Origin: Callorhinchus milii
Taxonomy: Eukaryota
Direction: 5' to 3'
DNA length: 64,000 bases
Assembly (NCBI RefSeq): GCF_018977255.1
Contig: NW_024704743.1
Coordinates: 48,112,001 to 48,176,000 of the forward strand
Positions 43,501 to 54,040 of the stretch are shown here, piece by piece. The notes below the pieces were generated by a model, which was given only the letters and a program-made list of their open reading frames with translations, searched no databases and had not been told where the DNA came from. Positions within the stretch are counted from its first letter, which is position 1, and each line of letters starts with the position of its first letter. The position numbers and the translations under genes are program-made.

Positions 43501-45125
43501 ATGAATTACGAATTTGAACGAGAAATTGGTTTTATCAATAGTCAGCCGTCGCTTGCTGAGTGCCTGACATCTTTTCCCCCTGTCGGTGATACATTTCAAA
43601 GTTCATCAATCAAGAACTCGACGCTTTCACACTCGACAGTGATTCCTCCTCCTTTTGAGCAAACCATCCCTAGCCTGAATCCCAGCAGTCACCCTCGCCA
43701 AAGCCGGCCAAAACAGAGCCCAAATGGCACAAGCCCTTTACCAGCCGCGACTCTACCTCCGGAATACCCCTGGATGAAAGAGAAAAAAAACTCCAAGAAA
43801 AATCACCTACCTGCTTCTTCTGCAGCTGCAGCCTCCTGTCTTTCCCAGAAAGGTCAGCTCAAAGGCGTTTATTTAGCATTATTATGATGATTATTATTTT
43901 AAAACTAGTGCAGCTTTTTTTTCACATGTATCGCTTGTTTAATCAGTTGTATTTTTTGCAGGTTAATAATTAAGAGACTGAATCACTTTCACTGACTTAT
44001 TTAATGGAGGATGATTTATTTGGCGAAGCTAGTCACAAAATGACCTTCTCTGCTCTTATCCCATCCCAGAGTTTTGATATTTGACAGTAATGAAGAGTGA
44101 TAGATGAGCGCAGTTTCACGGTAAAGCGGCTGATGCAGGGATCAGAAAATGCAAAAAGACTGTTGCAAACTTTACTGCGATACTAAGCATTACTGGCAGG
44201 AATATTTTTAAAAATCTCTTTAGTATTTTCAGCAAATGTCAGACGCCACAGCCGCAGACACTGAAACAATGGGTCCACTGCATTCAGGCGGCCATTTTGT
44301 TGCAGTGGATGCTCTTATTTAATGTAATATTGTCTCAAGTGGGTTCTGAAAATAAATGTTCTTTTATTATTTATTTTATTCATAGAAACCCATGATATTC
44401 CGGACAATACAGGTGGAGGATCGCGGAGGTTAAGGACAGCTTATACTAACACACAGCTTCTGGAGCTGGAAAAAGAATTTCACTTCAACAAGTATCTGTG
44501 CAGACCCAGGCGGGTGGAGATTGCAGCTTTGCTGGACTTGACTGAAAGACAAGTGAAAGTGTGGTTTCAGAACCGGCGAATGAAGCACAAAAGACAGACC
44601 CAGTGTAAAGAAAATCAGAATAGCGACGGCAAATTTAAGAGTCTGGAGGACAGTGGTCAGACTGAAGACGACGAAGAGAAGTCACTCTTTGAGCAAGCCC
44701 TCAACAACGTTTCAGGCGCTCTCTTGGACAGGGAAGGCTACACTTTTCAAACTAATGCACTGACTCAACAGCAGGCCCAACATTTACACAATGGAGAATC
44801 CCAAAGTTTCCCAGTTTCTCCTTTACCGAGCAATGAGAAAAATCTAAAACATTTTCACCAGCAGTCACCCACTGTTCAAAACTGCCTGTCAACAATGGCC
44901 CAGAACTGTGCAGCTGGCTTAAACAATGACAGTCCAGAGGCCCTCGATGTCCCTTCTTTACAGGATTTTAACGTCTTTTCTACAGAATCCTGTTTACAGC
45001 TTTCAGATGGAGTATCTCCTAGTTTACCGGGGTCTCTCGATAGCCCTGTGGATCTTTCCGCTGACAGTTTTGACTTTTTTACGGATACTCTAACCACAAT
45101 CGATTTGCAGCATTTGAACTACTAG
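43501..45125 (+). CDS. hoxa2: Homeobox protein Hox-A2, join(43501..43852,44386..45125), 363 aa
   Basis: [22 protein letters not shown] start and [10 protein letters not shown]. Donor AAG|GTCAGC at 43853 and acceptor CATAG| at 44385. Homeodomain [40 protein letters not shown]... and C-terminus TIDLQHLNY. Confidence 0.97.
43603..43612 (-). promoter_or_regulatory. Exonic Hox-Pbx element in Hoxa2 exon 1
   Basis: Minus strand TGATTGATGA within the SSSIK codons; matches the described ultraconserved coding r4 element. Confidence 0.75.
44005..44140 (+). promoter_or_regulatory. Hoxa2 intronic rhombomere-4 enhancer
   Basis: TGATTTAT 44012, Prep/Meis TGACAG 44082, TGATAGAT 44098 and TGATGCA 44131. Confidence 0.75.
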
Positions 45126-46703
45126 CTGAAAAGTCGCTGTGATAGGAATATATGCCTTCTTTTAAATTCGATTTCTTTCGATTTCTTTCAAATGGTCAGT
45201 ATTTTTTTTTATTTTTCTTTAATTAATTCGAACGTGTTTGAGCTCTAACTGTAGCTGCAAAAGTTTGGACTAATTTCCCGTGTTTCCAACTCTCCCATCG
45301 AGTCCTATCGGGACTTTCATAAAACCGATTGCATAGAAATCCAACAATTCCCACTTTCTCTTCTTTACTTTTGTATTCTTTAGGGCTCATTGTCATAAAT
45401 AATTTGATAGAGCAAAGTATTATACGCTACAGGTAGTTTCCTGAAGCATTTTCTCTCTCAGGACTATTTTTCACTTAATAAATATCCTTTCATTTCATTT
45501 GACATCAATTCATTAATAAAAAGGAACAGTCTGGTGAGTCTCGTTCTTTTTTTCCCCATAATAGAATTTATTGAAGAAAAAAAGATGAATTTCAGATTCG
45601 TTATTGTACAACTTTACAAGGACAATAAACCTGGTTGGAAAAACTTTGATCGAACCTGTTTGTATTACAAAAAAAGAGCGCACAAGGGAAATCTTTTAAT
45701 AGAAAATTAATCAAATTATCTCTCAAATTAAACGAAGTACACGATGATTCATTTTTAATATTAGCACCGTCAGAATGCGAAAATAAAGAGCAGGGAATGA
45801 AATATTACATTAATGCAGTAATTGAAAACACTTGGGAAAAAATCTTCTCAATTTTACACCGATGACGACTCGGCAAATCTACAGGAAAGAAAAAAAAGTT
45901 CAGTGTTGTTCAATTCATGTGCGCTTGCTGCTGAACAAACTCTTTTATTTATTGATGTCAGTAGCTAATCTTTAATGGTGTTACCTCTGATTCCTTATCT
46001 CGCTTACTGCCAGTCATCATCAGCAATACAGATACCCATAAGTTTCCACTGCGTTAATCGCCGACCAACCTGCTATATATTCAAACCGAAACTCGTCTGG
46101 TCTAAAACTCCTGCGTTACGACCGTTAACAACCAACAAGTCAGATCCTCTAAATTTAATTTCGATAATTGATTTTATTCAGTCTGAACGAAAACACGAGT
46201 AACTTCCTTTCCCTTTTTTTAAAAAAAAACTGAGCAACGGCGCTGGCTTTCAGACCTGTCGGGGTAGCTCTTTCACACGAAAAAAGTATGTTCAGCACAA
46301 ATGTTTAATGGGGTCACAATTTCGTTTTTGAAATCGACTTCTAAAATATGATCTGAAATCTTGGCTCGTATTTTATAAAAACACCACGCATATTCTGGCT
46401 TATTATCATGTTTGCATTTGTATAAATAAAACAACAGATGTAGGAATTCGTCCCCATTGTGCACATGGTTGTTGAGGCATAAGTCGTATTTTAACTCTCC
46501 TTCAGAAACCCCAGGACTGGGTGTGAGTCTCACACAGGCTTGTAATTTTAGCCGCGGTTTCACGGTATGTTTTTGTTGCTGACTGGAACACGTTGACTGC
46601 TGCGTAAGCAGTGACAGGAACGGCTCTTGAGGTAATTCTTCCCAAACTCATAAATCAAACTGTTTTATGAATGAGAATGCCATCAAAGGGATCAATCGCA
46701 GCA

Positions 46704-46734
46704 ACACGCACACACACACACGCACACACACACA
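46704..46734. repeat. Imperfect (CA)n microsatellite
   Basis: ACACGCACACACACACACGCACACACACACA. Confidence 0.85.
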
Positions 46735-49619
46735 AAAATCATCTTACGTATTCGCCTGGACTAGGGAACCCCTGTCAGCCTCTAACTTAGTAGGCGCTGA
46801 ATCGTAATTCATTTTTACTGCTTATTTTCAAAGAACATTGGGGGGTTATGTTGCTACTGTTGGCAGTCACTTCGAATCGTAAGTTACTGTTCAAAGATTT
46901 ATAATCGCACTGCTGCAATCGTACTGCTGTTTCTGGAATGGCGTAGCTCTTTCTTATTTTCCACATTATTTAAATATGGAAATAAATGAAAATGATTTTT
47001 ACTGTGAACTCATCATTCATTTTGCATTGAGGCGTTTTATTCCTTTCATCTGTTCGGTCGGTGGTGTTCCATGAAGGCGGTACTTTCCCTCCTATTAAAC
47101 TAAATCTTAAACGTAGAGAAAAATAGTGACACGTTGTCGATATCCTGTCGCTATTAAGCAAGTCTTTACAAGACATAATGACTGTGTTACCAGCAGATTC
47201 ATTCTTACCAGGAAGACACAAGAAAATAGGAGAAACTAATTTTAATCTAAAGACGCACAACATCTAACGCTGCCCGCGATAGAGCTTTGATGAAGGCAAC
47301 TAATACAAATAAAAGTCATTTGTGCGTTTGCAAAAATATATTTCACGAGTTATTTGGTAAAGTTCGTTATATAAATATATTGTTTAGGGGGAGGGGAAAA
47401 TTAGCTGTTTTTGCATAATTAGAAATTAGGACTGCGCAACAAGCTTTGGCTTTTCGAAAACGATCCAGTCCAGGATTTATTTAGCATCCGTTTGCTCTGA
47501 CCTCATTATATAAATTTTAGTCGCAGTAAATAAAAATGGCGGAAGCTATTTGTTACATCAATGTTTTCATCAATTCTAAGTTATTCGTGTGTAGAAGGAT
47601 TAGAAAAGTGGACCAAAATCATCCTTAGTAGTCACACTCTCTGATCTTTTTGCTTGATATATTTTTAAAACAAATCCCACAATTCACATTGTTGTGAAGA
47701 AAAATTCCCACTGTGGCCTGAAAGGGACATGTGTCTTTTCAATGCATTACAGTTCCCTCTCAGTCTGCTTTTTGCCAGTATTAGGACAATGGGTGAATGG
47801 GTGACTTTAGTGTATGAATTGTTCGCATGGCTGGAGTTAACTGTAGTTTTACTGCGACTCAAGCGCCATGCTTTAGTGTGATGGTGTCACATTTACAGCA
47901 AAGTGCACAAATTGTTCATTCTTAGCAAAGAAGCACAGAGTGAAACATTAATTCAATGCGCCATTATTTTCCCTTTGACGAATGTGTCTTATTTTTATAA
48001 AGTCAGATTAAAAATGAAAACACTTGCATTCAAAGAGTGCGTCAAAAGCAGTAATACTTTGTAATACTTAGCGTGTTTTCGTGACAAGGCTACCCATCCC
48101 CTTAAAATATTTTAAAAATCTTCATTGTGTATAATCTTTCATTAAATCCTGCCAAGAACATGCTTTCAAATCTCCCTGGTCCTATAAACAATCTAGATTT
48201 TCCGCGTGTGGTCTCCTTTCAAGACTGCTTGTTTACAGTAGAATTATAATCCACCGTTTGTCATCATTCATTAATCGGAGTAAATTGCTGTCTGGTACTC
48301 TGAGTCACGTCACTCTGTAATGTGCAAAAGATTGATTCTAAGTCACCACCGACCCTGACTGCTGGGACAGTGCTCTACAGGAAGCTGACAGATGGGCGGC
48401 AGCGACTTTATATCGGCCACGTTTGGCTACATTGTGTTTTAGTCAAGGGAGTTATTATTCATAACTGCGCGGGAAAAAAAAGTATACAGAATCACCCTAC
48501 AACTGAAATAAATAGGCTGACACCCAATATCATTTAGATAGGCTCCTCGGTCGTATGTAATCCTGTAGTTAAGGGGATGCACCCAACGGTCTGTGCTCAA
48601 TCTTGGAGCCTCCTCATTTCCATGCCAATAGCTGGAAAGCTTACAACAGGCAAAGGGCAGCCCTTTGATAGGCTGCTGCCTGCATCCTTCTGACATAAGA
48701 GCACAGGGAAGATATGGCGTCCGCTTACAAGCTCACACCCTATCATACACCACTTAAATATAAATCCCGATAGATTAGTCCTATTGGTTCAATCAATCAT
48801 TTTACACTTTGCTTTTTTGAGAGCCGTATTTTGAATCGCGTAGCACGGATTAGTATTTAATAGTAGGTATTAAATGCTTAAGGATTTAGTTAATCATAAG
48901 TGTTCCTTATGATTAGCTACGCCTTATCCAGACGCGAAGCAGCTCTGCAGCTTCTGTTACCTGTATGTGCTTTTTAAAAAAGTGAAGGAAGCGATCTGGC
49001 ACACAATAGACCTTAACTCTTGCCGACCTACATTTCTCGAGAGTCTTGCTGAGAAAACGCCACTCACCCGAAATGCAACTGCTTCAGACGGTTTGCTCCC
49101 TAATCCACAGTGGAGGGATGATTGCACTATCACCTTTCTTACGGCTCTTAAGGTTCCGGGTGTTAAGTTTTCATCGAAAGGGTTTCCTACCTGACACTGA
49201 GAGAGAGGTTGCTGTGCGGCAGAAGTAAGGATAGTCCCCCCCACTGCAGGCAGGCGCGATCGGCGTTTTACACCAATACCAGCGCAGACCCGACCAAACA
49301 GTACGTGCATCTTGAATACATTTCTGCTGCATTCTGCCGGGCATGCTTTGAAGTATAATGCATTGGTGAGCTAATGCGCGTAACCTTGATGGAAGAGCAT
49401 TTGTTATTTAAATGCCACTAAAACGGTGATCGATCACCGCCGAGATCGTGCGAACTTCGCAGGCAGCGCCGCGATTGGGCCGAACCAGGTCACGCGGGGA
49501 CACTTCACTGTACATTGATATCATTTTCCTTCAGCCCCATTAAGGAAGTGGGCAAGTTGGCACGGTCCATCCAGTTGGTGGACAGTGATCACTGTGTGTG
49601 CTGGTCACTCCAGTGACAC

Positions 49620-51109
49620 ATGGACAATGCGAGGATGAACTCCTTTCTAGATTATCCCATCATTAACGGAGAAACTGGGACCTGCTCTTCCAGAGGTTAC
49701 CATGCCGATCAAGGAATTACAACTTATCAGTCCTGCGCTGTTAGTACAAATAGCTGCAACGCTGACGACCGGTATATCGTGAGCAGAAGTGTTCAGATAG
49801 GCGCTCCTCCTCCTCATCACCACCACCATCATCAGTCTACCTACTCACCTCACAGCAATTTGGGCATCTCCTATGCTACCCATCCCAACTGTGGCACAGG
49901 TTACCCTGCCCAGAGTTTTAACACAGGCTACAGTCATCACTACTCATTGAACCAAGACACGGATGGCAACGGAGGGTACCCTCAGTGTGCGCCTGCTGTC
50001 TATGCTGGGAACATTGCCTCAGCTATCAGCCCACATCACCCCGGCTATGGCGGGGTGGTGGGCCCAGGTCAATATCCCCATCACCCTTACGGACAGGAGC
50101 AACAGAGCCTTGCTCCAGGCTGTCACCCTTTATCCCCCGTTCATGGCAGTCACCAAGAAACCTGTTGCTCCCCTTCAGCTGAGACCCCTCCCCTGGCACA
50201 GACTTTTGACTGGATGAAAGTGAAGAGGAATCCTCCGAAAACAGGTAAATTGATTGTGGATGTTTGTGAGGGAGAGAAATTAAAGAATGAGAGAGAATGT
50301 GAGTGTGTGAGAGAGAATTGGTATTTTTGAGGGGGAGAGAGAGAGATTACACATTTCTAATTATAAATAACCTTAAGACGAACAAAAAAGGCCACCAAAT
50401 GTGTTGGAAAAGTGATAACAAGGCGCAGAAGACTGGAATGAAACAAGTTTTATCTGTTGAACGTAGTGGTGAAGGTGTTACAGCCACAGTCTCACCTTCT
50501 AGTCGTTTGCTTTGATCTTTCTTCCATTTTTCTCTAGCATTAGTCTAAGCTGCAGTAACCAGCTGTTGACAACTAACAGTTGCAGGCTGATCCTTTTAGT
50601 CCTATCTGACAAGTCATTTCCAATGTAGTAAAGAGGCTTTGATTGATTGTCAGCATAGTAACAGTAGCTTATCAAAGCATGACAGTTGTCACACTCGTAC
50701 CACTTAAACCTTCATCTTACTTACCTGTCCGTGTTGTTTTTTTACTGATGTAGGAAAGGCTGGCGAGTATGGCTTTGCCGGTCAGCCTAATACGGTGAGA
50801 ACCAACTTTACCACAAAGCAGCTAACCGAGCTGGAGAAGGAGTTCCACTTTAACAAGTACTTGACTCGGGCCAGGCGAGTAGAAATCGCTGCCGCCCTCC
50901 AGCTCAACGAAACCCAGGTAAAAATCTGGTTCCAGAACCGGCGTATGAAGCAGAAGAAACGGGAAAAAGAAGGTCTTATCTCAGCTTCTCCGGTTACACC
51001 GCCTGGGAATGAAGTCAATGCAGAAGACACATCTGACAAATCAAGCTCTAACTCTTCCACTCCTTCCCCATCATCGTCTACCTCAGAAACGCTGAACACC
51101 TCAGCCTGA
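49620..51109 (+). CDS. hoxa1: Homeobox protein Hox-A1, join(49620..50244,50754..51109), 326 aa
   Basis: [14 protein letters not shown] start, His tract, [14 protein letters not shown]. Donor CAG|GTAAAT at 50245 and acceptor TGTAG| at 50753. Labial-class homeodomain [57 protein letters not shown]. Confidence 0.97.
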
Positions 51110-51990
51110 AACATTCCTCGATATATTCAAACTGTGAAGCAGTTATACGCTTGTTGGTCATTTTAAGTTAGAAAACAATACCGTACTATGATTCCACTCC
51201 CCCACCACCACTCCCCGAGAAACAAACGAAAAAATATTTTGTTTGCAAAAAATGAATATGCTAATCTCCAAAGAAATCAAGAGATGCACTATTCCGAGTG
51301 TTTACAATAGGAAGCAACTACTGTATAGCATAGTTGTCCTATTTTAATTTAATGTGTTGCATATATATTGTAAGCTGTGCTGGTTGTATATATTTTGTCA
51401 AGAGTTTTATCTTTTTACAAGTTTTTCTAAAGATGATGCTGAAATTCAGGGTCGATGGACCCTTATATGATGTAGGTGTAGATTTTATAAACAAATTGTA
51501 ATCAATTAATCAAAGTGTAAGTGAAGATTCTCCTATATTGCGGAGAATGGGGAGCTGAGTGAGTTCGGAGCTCTTCTCGCACTGTGAAAGGTCATGAGTA
51601 CAGAATTTAGAGTATGCTTCATTGCACTGGGCTGTGTAACTCTTGAAGGATATTAAGAATTTGTTTCCTTTTCTCAAATAAAGTGGGAATTCTGAAGTGG
51701 GTGGTCTTTAAGACCAGCAGTAGCACATTGTTAAAATACCTCAAAACTATAATGTTTACTCCGATATCTGTTGGACTTGATGTCATGAGTCACCTGTCAA
51801 TGTAATTTATAGCCAAATGTGGGTTCGTGTCTGGAATTTTGCATGATCCAATACCGATGGTGTGTATCTCCTAAATACTGAGTTTTATCAGTTTCCTTGT
51901 GTGACTATGTGTTATGTACAATCAGCACGTGATTTGAGATGGTTCTGGGATTTTCTGTGACTTAAATCCAGATCAGAATTTACGGGTCCA

Positions 51991-51996
51991 AATAAA
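51991..51996 (+). terminator. Probable Hoxa1 polyadenylation signal
   Basis: AATAAA followed by ATTAAA and a T/G-rich stretch, about 0.9 kb after the stop codon. Confidence 0.5.
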
Positions 51997-53457
51997 TTCT
52001 ATTAAAAACAAGCTTTTGTTGCTATAAATCAAACCCAACTTGCACAATCATCCAACAGAGTTCGAAAACTCCCCCTACGGACACTCTGCATTTTCACGTT
52101 ACACACATTGTTTATTTTAGATTCTTAGTTGATAAGAATTGGGGAGAACAAAAATCCACCAGGTTTCAAAACGTTGATTTTTATAATCATTCGATTGGGT
52201 CCATTTGGCGCTTCGGGCGAAATAAACCTACAGCAAAATATGGCAAGTGACTGTTCACAGGATAGAAAAAGGAATAACTCGAAACGTGTGTGAAATAACT
52301 TTAAATAAACAAGGTAAAAGGCAAGGCGAGTATTCCTGCACATTCCACTGCCAAGGGTTGACCTTTTCCCCTTGAATAGATCATTTACATATATGTAAAC
52401 AACGCAATCTGCAAAGACAGCCATTGTCACCAACTGGTTTGCTTCGAGTTACAAGACCAACAGCTGGAACAGCCTCCAAAGGCTTTGATGAATCCACATT
52501 AATAGGGATAATAAAACGAAAAGTCAACCTATAGAATTTTTTTTAAAAAATCAGATGAAATTTGCCGTAACTTATCTTGAAATAGTTTGATCAAACATCC
52601 CAGTGACAGCCGCGTGACTAGAATATCACTGGCGTTTGCTTAAGAACCAACATGATTAGATTCAGTTTGGTGTCAATAGGAAAGTCGATGGTTTTCTGGG
52701 CACTTCGGCCCTATCAAGGGAAAGATCTGCTCTGGGGCTGCTTTCTTTTAGCGGGTTGGAGTCGATGCAAAAGAACTTCAAAAGAAACCTTCAACTTCTG
52801 ATCCATTTGATGCTCCGCGTTCCCAGTATTACTTTCTGTTTATGGAAAAGTCCACAAACACGCCTGTACTCGGCAGAAAGTATTTCTTTTCACTCAAAAC
52901 ATAAACATATCGGTTCTTCGGAGTTTCGTAAAACTACTTCTTGCCTTAACTGTTCACGAGAAGTTTGGTGATATATTTTTACTGGTGTTGAAAACTGCAC
53001 CAGTTTCAAGGTACAAAATAACCCGCCATCTGTTGCTGGTGCCTTAGGTGTGAAGTCCACTTGCTGTGGCAACCGTTTGCCTTCATCTCTGCGGCTCTGA
53101 ACATGCACTTTGTCTCAAATGCAAACACGATTACAATGTCTTTATATCCACTCTTCTCATTTCTTCTCAGTTCGTAGATGGATCGACACGATTTCTCTTA
53201 TTGCTGAAATCTAACAGTATGGTTATTACAATGTACATGTTATATTTAGATGAGCAACACACACTTTCTTCCGTCATCAATGGTAAATTTGGAAGCGCAA
53301 ATATGTCACGATTTAAAAGGGAAAGAATTTTAAAATGATAGTAAACTGCCTAAGCAATACCTACCGTCGTCACCAGACCGCTCTATTATAATGATATCAT
53401 AGGATTTTGAACACTAGTAAATGTACACCGAAGCCTTCAATTCATTAACTTGACACA

Positions 53458-53527
53458 ATAATAATTGTAACAATCCTTGCTTTTGATATAGTGCCTTATC
53501 ATGTCGTTGAGACGTCTCAAAGCGCTT
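53458..53527 (-). mobile_element. Inverted SINE/L2 3' tail, same family as the Hoxa3 intron copies
   Basis: Reverse complement reads AAGCGCTTTGAGACGTCTCAACGACATGATAAGGCACTATATCAAAAGCAAGGATTGTT. Confidence 0.7.
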
Positions 53528-54023
53528 ATTAAATCCGCGTAGGATATATACTCGCAACCAATAAGACTGTTAATGGAAGATCACAGGAAAATAACCGAGA
53601 GTATTTTTTATCAAACGTTTAAAATGATCTGTAAATAGTTCTAACAGTCTTTTTAAAAAAAAATCTAAATCTGTGATATTCTTATTACCACTCGGCATTA
53701 TGTTTCCAATTGTCCGTATGTATTATCCTGTGTATTATCAAATCGATCTAGTACCAATCCAGGCTTATCCCTTTTCGCTCTTATCAATATGGAGGGGATA
53801 GCTGGATTGCCCCCGAATAACAGGGCAATCGCCCGCATTGTTCATTCCACTGCAACATTCAACCTCTCGAATTTACCTTTTTTCCTTGTAGAAGCTCGGC
53901 TATTTTTCTCCAGGGCAATCAGATTAAAGTTGATCAATATTTACTCTGTGTGGAAAGCTGACTGAAAACCCCATAGCTAAGAAAGAGCTTCGCGCTGGCT
54001 GCTCAGCCTTGTTTAGACTCACC

Positions 54024-54040
54024 AGTTCATCGAAAGTTCA
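54024..54040 (+). promoter_or_regulatory. Hoxa1 3' DR5 RARE
   Basis: AGTTCA-tcgaa-AGTTCA about 2.9 kb 3' of the Hoxa1 stop; the mammalian element is GGTTCA-ccgaa-AGTTCA. Confidence 0.85.

Noticed and set aside
48957-49310. 117-aa antisense ORF upstream of Hoxa1
   Set aside because: No recognisable homology; GC-richer promoter DNA has fewer stops. Kept only as part of the lncRNA hypothesis.
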